Source: Planctomycetota bacterium
Lineage (GTDB): Bacteria; Planctomycetota; UBA8108; SXIK01
Assembly: GCA_965223265.1 (NCBI GenBank)
Contig: OZ244999.1
Location: 2,528,001-2,592,000 of the forward strand
Length of the DNA: 64,000 nucleotides
Direction of reading: 5' to 3'
A program made the position numbers and the translations under genes. Of this stretch, positions 51,070-58,828 are shown piece after piece. Position 1 is the first letter of the stretch, and every line of letters starts with the position of its first letter. The notes under the pieces were generated by a model, which did not search any database, was not told the origin of the DNA, and was given only the letters and a program-made list of their open reading frames with translations.

Positions 51070-52416
51070 CTACTTCGATGGCGTGGATTTCCTCGCCTGC
51101 CGTAGGCAGTAGAACTTCGTCAACGTGCGGATCAAGAGCCGGTCTCCTGCAATCGCGGGCGTTGCCATGCACATCTCCTCGAGAGGATTGGTGCGCACGA
51201 GTTCAAACTCAGGTCCTGCACGAACCACCAGTGTGTCGCCGTCCTCGTTCAGGCAGAAGATTTTGCCGTCGTAAGCCCACGGCGAAGCCGTGTACCCGGA
51301 ACCGGAGCCTAGCCGCTTCTTGCCGTAGACGAGCTTCCCTGTCTTCGCTTCATAGCAAGCGAGAAAGCCGCGGTCGAGAAGTGTGTAGAGATAGTCGCCG
51401 TAGACGATCGAACTCGGATTGTACGGGGCCGCCTTCGGCTGACTCCACGCGATCGAACGGTTAGCCGTCTCGCCGCTCCGAAGCGAGATGTCGCCTTGAC
51501 CGCCATGGCGGATCGCGTAAAGGGGGCGGTTATCATCGAGCACATATCCAGAGCTCACGAAGAGGAAGCCGTGTGCCGAGTAGGGCGTCGCGATCGTGAT
51601 GCTCGACATGCCCTTGAGCTCCCAGAGAAGCTGACCGGCGAGATCGTAAGATCGAACACGCCCTGAGCCTGCCGTGACGATTTCGACACCACCTTCGTGC
51701 TGCCAAACGTATGGTGTCGACCAGTTGCTCTTCTCGTTACGCGGAGTTTTCCATTTGATGTCACCGCTGCCAGCGTCGAGGGCGAGCAAGTACGACGCCT
51801 CCTCGTTGTCGTTGACGAGAATCAGCTGATCGTCGTGGATCACAGGCGAGGCCGCCGTGCCCCAGCCGTAGCGCAGGGGCATGGGGTCCAAACGATGGCT
51901 CCAAACGAGGTTGCCATCGAGATCGTAGGCAAACACGCCGACGTTGCCAAAGTAGGCGTAGATCCGTTTGCCATCCGTCACCGGAGTTTCCGACGCGTAC
52001 GTGTTTTTGATGTGGATCGGCGTTTCAGGCTTGGCCGCATGCGCCACCTTGTGCCATAGAGTTTGCCCGGACTCGAGATCGAAGCAGTAGACGACGTAGC
52101 GGTGTTCGTCCTGGAGCGGGTCCTTGCGATTGCCGCCGAAGTAGAGGCCTTTCTTTGGATCATGATTCTTGCCGGCGCTCACGGCGCTCAGGAGGAACGC
52201 CTTCTGTCCCCAAACGACGGGGCTGGACCAGCTGCGACCTGGCACGTCCACGGCCCATGCGACGTTCGTCTGAGTGTCCCAAACGTGCGGAAGTCCGGCG
52301 TTCGTGGCGACACCTCGCGACTGTGGGCCACGGAATTGGGGCCAGTGATCTTCCGCAGCGGACCCATGGTTAGCACAGCAGAAGAAGCACACGAAGAGCA
52401 GCGAACGGCGGTTCAT
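51070..52416 (-). CDS. PQQ-binding-like beta-propeller (BamB-like) secreted protein
   Basis: Signal peptide, WPQFRGP, WSSPVVWG, NTYASETPVTDG, WGTAASP, YTASPW, MATPAIA. Confidence 0.9.
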   Translation of the reverse strand: MNRRSLLFVCFFCCANHGSAAEDHWPQFRGPQSRGVATNAGLPHVWDTQTNVAWAVDVPGRSWSSPVVWGQKAFLLSAVSAGKNHDPKKGLYFGGNRKDPLQDEHRYVVYCFDLESGQTLWHKVAHAAKPETPIHIKNTYASETPVTDGKRIYAYFGNVGVFAYDLDGNLVWSHRLDPMPLRYGWGTAASPVIHDDQLILVNDNEEASYLLALDAGSGDIKWKTPRNEKSNWSTPYVWQHEGGVEIVTAGSGRVRSYDLAGQLLWELKGMSSITIATPYSAHGFLFVSSGYVLDDNRPLYAIRHGGQGDISLRSGETANRSIAWSQPKAAPYNPSSIVYGDYLYTLLDRGFLACYEAKTGKLVYGKKRLGSGSGYTASPWAYDGKIFCLNEDGDTLVVRAGPEFELVRTNPLEEMCMATPAIAGDRLLIRTLTKFYCLRQARKSTPSK

Positions 52417-52618
52417 GACGCCTCCAAGTCGTTATCTGGGTTGGCCACTTGTCGTATCACACCTTATCGAGGTGCCGCGCGGTCGTCCACTCGAGTCCAT
52501 GGCGGTCAGCGGCGTCGGCGAGTTCGACGGGTCCCGTCGGTGCAGAAAAAAGAGCGCTTCATGCGAAGATTTCACCATTCCCGTCGAGAGGGGGCGTGCC
52601 GTGGGGCCCTTGCGTGAG

Positions 52619-53187
52619 TGCGTGTGCGTGTGCGTCTCCCAAAGTAGCAGGCACACTCCGTGTGCCGTCCGGTCTCGTGTGCGTGTGCGTGTGCGTCTCC
52701 CAAAGTAGCAGGCACACTCCGTGTGCCGTCCGGTCTCGTGTGCGTGTGCGTGTGCGTCTCCCAAAGTAGCAGGCACACTCCGTGTGCCGTCCGGTCTCGT
52801 GTGCGTGTGCGTGTGCGTCTCCCAAAGTAGCAGGCACACTCCGTGTGCCGTCCGGTCTCGTGTGCGTGTGCGTGTGCGTCTCCCAAAGTAGCAGGCACAC
52901 TCCGTGTGCCGTCCGGTCTCGTGTGCGTGTGCGTGTGCGTCTCCCAAAGTAGCAGGCACACTCCGTGTGCCGTCCGGTCTCGTGTGCGTGTGCGTGTGCG
53001 TCTCCCAAAGTAGCAGGCACACTCCGTGTGCCGTCCGGTCTCGTGTGCGTGTGCGTGTGCGTCTCCCAAAGTAGCAGGCACACTCCGTGTGCCGTCCGGT
53101 CTCGTGTGCGTGTGCGTGTGCGTCTCCCAAAGTAGCAGGCACACTCCGTGTGCCGTCCGGTCTCGTGTGCGTGTGCGTGTGCGTGCG
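52619..53187. repeat. Tandem array 1: nine identical 61-bp units with a GTAG-led REP-like hairpin
   Basis: Unit TGCGTGTGCGTGTGCGTCTCCCAAAGTAGCAGGCACACTCCGTGTGCCGTCCGGTCTCGTG; AAAGTAG at 52641, 52702, ... 53129 (61-bp period). Confidence 0.97.
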
Positions 53188-53355
53188 AGCTATGACACGG
53201 GTCACCGTACGGCGGCGGTTGAGTCGATGGTACGCCGTGCTCGAGCTTGTGAAGTCGAGCACACAATGCACCTCCAACCTTCCGCTGTCGTAAGTCCTTT
53301 CGGTGTAAGCCGACGTAATCTGACGAATCTTTGATACAACCCGGTCGATTTACCT

Positions 53356-55446
53356 TCATAGGTCGTCGAAGAGCGTCATCTGGTTCTTCGCGCAGCCCTC
53401 CTTAGGCGGGAATCGACCCGTCGCCTTGAGCGTCGCCACGAGGCTCCGGACTCCTGGGGAGTCCAGCTCGTGGCGAGAGACGCGCCAGGGGGCGAACTCG
53501 GCGACTTGGTTTTTCCTGATCAATCCTCGTTCGACAAGCGTACGTAATGCTATCGAGGAAACTCCTAGGTACTTGCTGGCGCCGTTCATCGACAACGCAT
53601 CATCGGAGGACTGCGCTGAATTGATACCGTTGTGTTTGCGAAATTCGGTCACCTTGTCTTTGGTCCACCGTGTGGTCGTGAGCCTTCGTCTGTTAAGCAC
53701 TAAGGCAATCTCGCTGTCACTATGCGCCGCGGCGCTGAGCCGCTTGATCAGCTCGAGCACCGAAACTTCCCTTGATGCCTTCGGAGAGGGGAATCGCAAC
53801 AGCTCGGAGGTAGAGTGTACGCCGCCCTTCCAGTGAATCGTCAATTCCAGGCGGCGACTTTGCCGATTGGATCCAACGAGCTCGCCGCTCTCCTTGATCA
53901 TGATCTCGTGAATCGCTGCTCGCAGCAGAGTCTTCTTCAGCCTGACATCAATCGTCGATCGCCAGACCAACTGGAAGTTCCGTGCGAGAGTCTCGAGACG
54001 TTTTCGCTCTGCGACAGTCAACGTCAATCTCGACGACTGCTGCTTGTGGAGTGTCTCCTTTGCCTCGGCAAGCCGCTGAAGCTTGTCGTTGAGACGTTTC
54101 TCGAGGTTGTCCGCAACAAGGCGATTCCTCGGATCGCACGCGTCGAACTGTTCGAATGCATGACTGGCGGCGTACTGCGCAGCCTCGATCTGCTGCTTCG
54201 CGTAGTTCAACTCGTCGGCTCGGCTCTTCTCGATCTGCTCGAACGCCCTGGTCGCAGCCTCGATCCCCGAGGAGTCAAGCGCTCGACACAACTGCTGCGC
54301 GACGATCGGGTCAACGCGACATGCCCCAACAGAGAGACAAATGCGTGAGTTCCCCTTTCGTGTGCCGTCGCAGTAATAGAAGGCCTTCTCGTATCGGTAC
54401 CGGACCTTCAGCTGATCGCCACAGTGACCACAACGCAACATCCCCGCCAGGAGAGCCTGGCCTTCCCGCGCGGCTCCTCGGTTGCCGTCGAGCCCTCTTC
54501 GCGGTCGATTCTGCGATAGCTTCTTCAAGTTCGCTTCGTACTCTGACCAATCGATGTAGGCTGGGTGATGGTCACGGATCATCACCCGAGCTTCACCAGG
54601 ATCTTGCCGACGTTCACGCTGTTTGACCAGCCTCCCATCGGCGATCTTGCTTGTCGTCCTTGAACGACCCCAAGCGTAGGCTCCAGCATAGGTCGGATTG
54701 ACCAGGAGGTTGTGTAGCGACTTGGCCGACGGCACCGCCCACCTGACCGTCTTGTTGCCCAAGCCCCGACTCGGAAACTCGATCCCCGCGTCTCGGTAAT
54801 GCAATGCGAGCTGTCGGGCACTACTGGAGCCACGGAAGTCCTGAAAGACACGGCGGATCGCGGTACGGATTCTCTCGTCGGGATCGAAGACAATCTCAGT
54901 GTCGTCGTAGACGTAGCCGATCGGTAACTGAATCCACAGCTCACCTCGCTTCGCTTTCGCCTGCTGACCTAGGCGCAATCGCAAGCGAATCGTCGCAAGC
55001 TCGGCTTCTGAGATCGAGCCACGGATGCCGATCAACAGTCTGTCGTTAGAGAGCGACAGATCGTAGACCTGCTCGGTGTCCGCGATCAGCGTATTGAAGT
55101 GCTGACAAAGCTCCATCAGTCGCGCCCAGTCCACCGAATTCCTCGACAATCGGGAAATCTCGAGACAGAAGATAATCCCGACTTCCCCGGCAATGACCCA
55201 GCTCTTCAGTTTCTCGAAGCCGGGGCGATCGACGAATCCAGAAGCCGACTCGCCGAGATCGTCCTCGATGAGAATCGGCTCGCGCCAGCCAAGATCGACC
55301 GCCTTGTGCCTCAGTTCGCGTTGCAGGCGCGTGCTCTCTTCGTTGTTCTTCACCTGTGTTGGCGACGATTGACGAATGTATACTACTGCCGCGCGCCTGA
55401 GGTGCTCGGTAGTGACGCCACCTGGATGATTGCTATCGATCCTCAT
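53356..55446 (-). CDS. Large serine recombinase (resolvase + recombinase + Zn ribbon + coiled coil + C-terminal HTH)
   Basis: AVVYIRQSS catalytic Ser, EDDLGESASG, EISRLSRN, LVNPTYAGAY, DHHPAYI, LLAGMLRCGHCG, YYC, IHWKGG. Confidence 0.93.
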   Translation of the reverse strand: MRIDSNHPGGVTTEHLRRAAVVYIRQSSPTQVKNNEESTRLQRELRHKAVDLGWREPILIEDDLGESASGFVDRPGFEKLKSWVIAGEVGIIFCLEISRLSRNSVDWARLMELCQHFNTLIADTEQVYDLSLSNDRLLIGIRGSISEAELATIRLRLRLGQQAKAKRGELWIQLPIGYVYDDTEIVFDPDERIRTAIRRVFQDFRGSSSARQLALHYRDAGIEFPSRGLGNKTVRWAVPSAKSLHNLLVNPTYAGAYAWGRSRTTSKIADGRLVKQRERRQDPGEARVMIRDHHPAYIDWSEYEANLKKLSQNRPRRGLDGNRGAAREGQALLAGMLRCGHCGDQLKVRYRYEKAFYYCDGTRKGNSRICLSVGACRVDPIVAQQLCRALDSSGIEAATRAFEQIEKSRADELNYAKQQIEAAQYAASHAFEQFDACDPRNRLVADNLEKRLNDKLQRLAEAKETLHKQQSSRLTLTVAERKRLETLARNFQLVWRSTIDVRLKKTLLRAAIHEIMIKESGELVGSNRQSRRLELTIHWKGGVHSTSELLRFPSPKASREVSVLELIKRLSAAAHSDSEIALVLNRRRLTTTRWTKDKVTEFRKHNGINSAQSSDDALSMNGASKYLGVSSIALRTLVERGLIRKNQVAEFAPWRVSRHELDSPGVRSLVATLKATGRFPPKEGCAKNQMTLFDDL

Positions 55447-55600
55447 CGTTCTCGCCCTCCACACCGTGGTTCTCGATGATCGCCTGCAGGAGAATCGCCA
55501 CTGCCCGAGCGATTTCCTCCCGCTCCTTCGCGCTCAGCACTGCGAGCACGCTTTGATCTTCCGGCGGCAAGAACGGTAGAGTAAGCTGCGTCCACACCAT
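55433..55600 (-). CDS. Small hypothetical protein of the LSR element
   Basis: GAGGAGG RBS; MVWTQLTLPF...EIARAVAILLQAII; end overlaps the LSR start. Confidence 0.6.
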   Translation of the reverse strand: MVWTQLTLPFLPPEDQSVLAVLSAKEREEIARAVAILLQAIIENHGVEGENDEDR

Positions 55601-55892
55601 CGTCCTCCTCCTTGGTTCGAGTTGGTTCTGAGTCAAGGATGGACGATGGTGCTTCTTGGAGTCGAGACTCTACGATCGCCGCAATGACGAGGAGCTCCTC
55701 CACGTCGATGTGGGGCGATCTACACAGCTCCACCCACATAGCGCTCTCCTCGGTCATCCAGCACGGCACCAAGAGCTGGCGCTTCTCGATTTGAACCAAG
55801 TAGCAGGGCGGTTCTCTCGAGGTCCGCCGAACGACCGGCAGAGAGCGTCCCGCAAGGGGGTGGTAGGGATAGAAGACCGTTACGGTCGTCAA
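55443..55892 (-). CDS. DUF5372/Y4bD-like accessory protein of the LSR element
   Basis: TVTVFYPYHPLAGRSLPV...LVPCWMT motif; true start uncertain and close to the element end. Confidence 0.6.
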   Translation of the reverse strand: MTTVTVFYPYHPLAGRSLPVVRRTSREPPCYLVQIEKRQLLVPCWMTEESAMWVELCRSPHIDVEELLVIAAIVESRLQEAPSSILDSEPTRTKEEDDGVDAAYSTVLAAGRSKRARSAEREGAGGNRSGSGDSPAGDHREPRCGGRER

Positions 55893-56046
55893 ACCAACAT
55901 CAGTGTGGGCTACCCGTGGTCAAGAGTCCCCTCGCTGCGCTCGGCGCTGCGCGCCCTTGACACCCACTCCGCTCCGCGTTGGGGGGTGGAGTACCGCCGC
56001 CCGGATGCGGTGGGCTCTTGAGTCACCTTCTCTTCGGAGGCTTCAC

Positions 56047-56370
56047 ATGCGTTTTATCGCTCTCGACGTCAGTCTCGGTTTGATCGGCGACTTGCGAGTC
56101 CCTTTAGCTCGACTTCGGCGTCTCGATCCGGACCTGCACCGGCAGATTCGGCGCGCTGCTTCTTCGGTGGCGCTCAATCTCTCAGAGGGAGCTGAACGCG
56201 CCGGCAAAAATCGCCAGCACCTCTTTCGCGTAGCGCGCGGTAGTGCGCGCGAGGTCGAAACGGCGCTTCGCGTCGCCCAGTCCTGGGGCGACCTGAAGCA
56301 CGACGACGTCGCGCGCGCTCTCAAGACGCTCGATCGACTGCTGGCGCTTCTTGGCGGGCTGACTCGCTGA
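56047..56370 (+). CDS. Four-helix-bundle protein (23S rRNA IVP / bAvd-like, TIGR02436-type)
   Basis: GGAGG RBS; DLHRQIRRAASSVALNLSEG...LFRVARGSAREVETAL signature; 107 aa. Confidence 0.9.
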   Translation: MRFIALDVSLGLIGDLRVPLARLRRLDPDLHRQIRRAASSVALNLSEGAERAGKNRQHLFRVARGSAREVETALRVAQSWGDLKHDDVARALKTLDRLLALLGGLTR

Positions 56371-56385
56371 GCATCACGTCCTGTG

Positions 56386-56409
56386 CGCCCGCCGCCTCCG
56401 TGGCGGGCG
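56386..56409 (+). terminator. GC-rich hairpin after the four-helix-bundle gene
   Basis: CGCCCGCC-GCCTCCGT-GGCGGGCG; no strong U-tract. Confidence 0.4.
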
Positions 56410-56442
56410 CAATCTCCTGCGTTCGAACGAAGCGAGAGCGCC

Positions 56443-57594
56443 TTCCAAAGTAGCAGGCACATGCCATGTGCCGTCCGTCTTGTGTGCGAGTGCGAGTGCG
56501 TGGGCCGACCAGCACTCTGTCTCTGGCTCCGTTTCCAAAGTAGCAGGCACATGCCATGTGCCGTCCGTCTTGTGTGCGAGTGCGTGGGCGAGTGCGAGTG
56601 CGTGGGCCGACCAGCACTCTGTCTCTGGCTCCGTTTCCAAAGTAGCAGGCACATGCCATGTGCCGTCCGTCTTGTGTGCGTGGGCGAGTGTAAGTGCGTG
56701 GGCCGACCAGCACTCTGTCTCTGGCTCCGTTTCCAAAGTAGCAGGCACATGCCATGTGCCGTCCGTCTTGTGTGCGTGGGCGAGTGTAAGTGCGTGGGCC
56801 GACCAGCACTCTGTCTCTGGCTCCGTTTCCAAAGTAGCAGGCACATGCCATGTGCCGTCCGTCTTGTGTGCGAGTGCGTGGGCGAGTGTAAGTGCGTGGG
56901 CCGACCAGCACTCTGTCTCTGGCTCCGTTTCCAAAGTAGCAGGCACATGCCATGTGCCGTCCGTCTTGTGTGCGAGTGCGTGGGCGAGTGTAAGTGCGTG
57001 GGCCGACCAGCACTCTGTCTCTGGCTCCGTTTCCAAAGTAGCAGGCACATGCCATGTGCCGTCCGTCTTGTGTGCGAGTGCGTGGGCGAGTGTAAGTGCG
57101 TGGGCCGACCAGCACTCTGTCTCTGGCTCCGTTTCCAAAGTAGCAGGCACATGCCATGTGCCGTCCGTCTTGTGTGCGAGTGCGAGTGCGTGGGCCGACC
57201 AGCACTCTGTCTCTGGCTCCGTTTCCAAAGTAGCAGGCACATGGCATGTGCCGTCCGTCTTGTGTGCGAGTGCGAGTGCGTGGGCCGACCAGCACTCTGT
57301 CTCTGGCTCCGTTTCCAAAGTAGCAGGCACATGCCATGTGCCGTCCGTCTTGTGTGCGAGTGCGAGTGCGTGGGCCGACCAGCACTCTGTCTCTGGCTCC
57401 GTTTCCAAAGTAGCAGGCACATGGCATGTGCCGTCCGTCTTGTGTGCGAGTGCGAGTGCGTGGGCTGACTAGCACTCTGTCTCTGGCTCCGTTTCCAAAG
57501 TAGCAGGCACATGGCATGTGCCGTCCGTCTTGTGTGCGAGTGCGTGGGCGAGTGTAAGTGCGTGGGCCGACCAGCACTCTGTCTCTGGCTCCGT
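56443..57594. repeat. Tandem array 2: twelve 90/96/102-bp units with the related GTAG-led hairpin
   Basis: AAAGTAGCAGGCACATG(C/G)CATGTGCCGTCCG at 56447, 56537, 56639, 56735, 56831, 56933, 57035, 57137, 57227, 57317, 57407, 57497; lengths differ by GTGCGA-like hexamers. Confidence 0.97.
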
Positions 57595-57667
57595 ATCTGC
57601 CTCTCGTTCTGTCTCTGGCTCTGTATCTGCCTCTGCCTCTGCTTCTGCTTCTGACTCTGCCTCTGAT
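57578..57667. repeat. Degenerate TCTGNN hexamer tract ending array 2
   Basis: tctgtc tctggc tccgta tctgcc ... tctgcc tctgct tctgct tctgac tctgcc tctgat. Confidence 0.75.
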
Positions 57668-57836
57668 CCGCGTGTCCCGAGAGCGTTCGAAATTTCTCGC
57701 AACCCATACCGAGCGTCGGGGTTTCAAGGAGTGGCCTGTGGTCGTCCTGACACTCTTCGTGCGCGACCAGGAGCGGGTTTGGGGCGCCCAGCGACTGCGG
57801 ACGCACAGGCATCTTCGGCGAAAGGAGAGACGGGAT

Positions 57837-58652
57837 ATGAAGAAGGGATTCAGTAAGCGGTGGGTCGTGTCCTTCGTTGCCGTGTTCACACTGCTCGGGG
57901 TGTTGGCTGAAATTCAGGAGGCCTTTGGGCATGATCGCGAGCGTCGACATCGCCATCGACTTCACTCTTGCCTCGTGATGGAGTTCGACGCCAACGGCGA
58001 CGGTGTGCTCTCCGAAGAAGAGAAAGCTGCCGCAATCGCTGCACGCGAGCAGGAACTCATCGAAACGTACGATACCGATGGTGACGGCGCCCTCTCCGAC
58101 GAGGAGAAAGCCGCCGCACGGGAGGACTTGGCTGCTCAGCGTGCAGCGCGCCGCGCAGCCCGTCTTGCCGAGATCGACACCGATGGCGACGGGACAGTAA
58201 GTGAAGAAGAGCTCGCCGCCGCACGTGCCGCGCGCCTCGCCGAGATTGACACTGACGGCGACGGGGAGATCAGCGACGAAGAGCGGGCGGCGGCACTTGC
58301 AGCGCGCTGCGAGGCGCGCCGCATGAGCGAGGATGACGAACAGGAAATGGTCGTGATCGAAGCCCTGACGCTCAGTCGCGATTTCGTGCGCGGTGATGCG
58401 AATAGCGACGGCGAGACGGATCTCTCCGACAGCGTGTTCGTGCTCAACTTCCTGTTTGTCTCTGGTGAATCACCCGTGTGCCTCGATGCCGCCGACGCGA
58501 ACGACGACGGTACCATCGACGTCGCGGATCCGATCCGGACGCTCAACGCACTCTTTATCAGTGGCGCTGAGCCGTTGCCGCCGCCAACCGTAGCCGCCGG
58601 TGCTGATCCGACGCTGGACGAGATCGATTGCGATGGCGGATTGAACAGCTGA
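57837..58652 (+). CDS. Secreted EF-hand protein with C-terminal dockerin-like domain
   Basis: AAGGAG RBS, signal peptide, four EF-hands (DANGDGVLSEEE, DTDGDGALSDEE, DTDGDGTVSEEE, DTDGDGEISDEE), FVRGDANSDG...CLDAADANDDG...DPTLD tail. Confidence 0.85.
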   Translation: MKKGFSKRWVVSFVAVFTLLGVLAEIQEAFGHDRERRHRHRLHSCLVMEFDANGDGVLSEEEKAAAIAAREQELIETYDTDGDGALSDEEKAAAREDLAAQRAARRAARLAEIDTDGDGTVSEEELAAARAARLAEIDTDGDGEISDEERAAALAARCEARRMSEDDEQEMVVIEALTLSRDFVRGDANSDGETDLSDSVFVLNFLFVSGESPVCLDAADANDDGTIDVADPIRTLNALFISGAEPLPPPTVAAGADPTLDEIDCDGGLNS

Positions 58653-58672
58653 TCCACCCTCGACGTTAGACC

Positions 58673-58714
58673 GCGGGGCGTCCGACAAGCTTTTTTAGGC
58701 GGCGGGCGCCCCGC
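58673..58714. terminator. Hairpin between convergent genes
   Basis: GCGGGGCGTCCG ... CGGGCGCCCCGC followed by TCTGTTT. Confidence 0.5.
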
Positions 58715-58828
58715 TCTGTTTCACTGAACGTTGAGCGTGAGCGCGAGGGCTATGCCGCTCAGTCGCGCCGTTTGAAGTGGGGAGGGTAGCGGTTTGCCGG
58801 CGTGTCTATTTTCAGCTTCGTCGCTCCG

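Larger units (their letters stand above)
53262..55907 (-). mobile_element. Compact large-serine-recombinase element (DUF5372-like ORF + small ORF + LSR)
   Basis: Three overlapping minus-strand ORFs bounded by a short imperfect inverted repeat, CACAATG (53262) ... CAGTGTG (55907); ends are inferred. Confidence 0.6.

Noticed and set aside
53190-53355. tRNA or tmRNA as the LSR integration target
   Set aside because: No cloverleaf, T-loop GTTCRA or CCA end was recognisable at either junction.
52432-53359. Long ORFs across array 1 (THTHTRPDGTRSVPATL repeats)
   Set aside because: The 61-bp period cycles through all frames, so several overlapping frames are open; this is a by-product of a stop-poor repeat.
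52619-57594. CRISPR array interpretation of the two repeat arrays
   Set aside because: The sequence between palindromes is identical or differs only by hexamer number, so there are no unique spacers, and no cas gene is present in the window.
56047-57594. Diversity-generating retroelement suggested by the bAvd-like gene
   Set aside because: No reverse transcriptase and no TR/VR pair with adenine-specific mismatches was seen.
56043-57965. Cys/His-rich repeat proteins across array 2 (e.g. ETEPETECWSAHAL, CECECVG)
   Set aside because: Five frames on both strands are open at once, there is no convincing RBS, one frame is broken by a variant TAG, and the length steps of 6 are explained by hexamer slippage. 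Not strictly excluded without proteomics.
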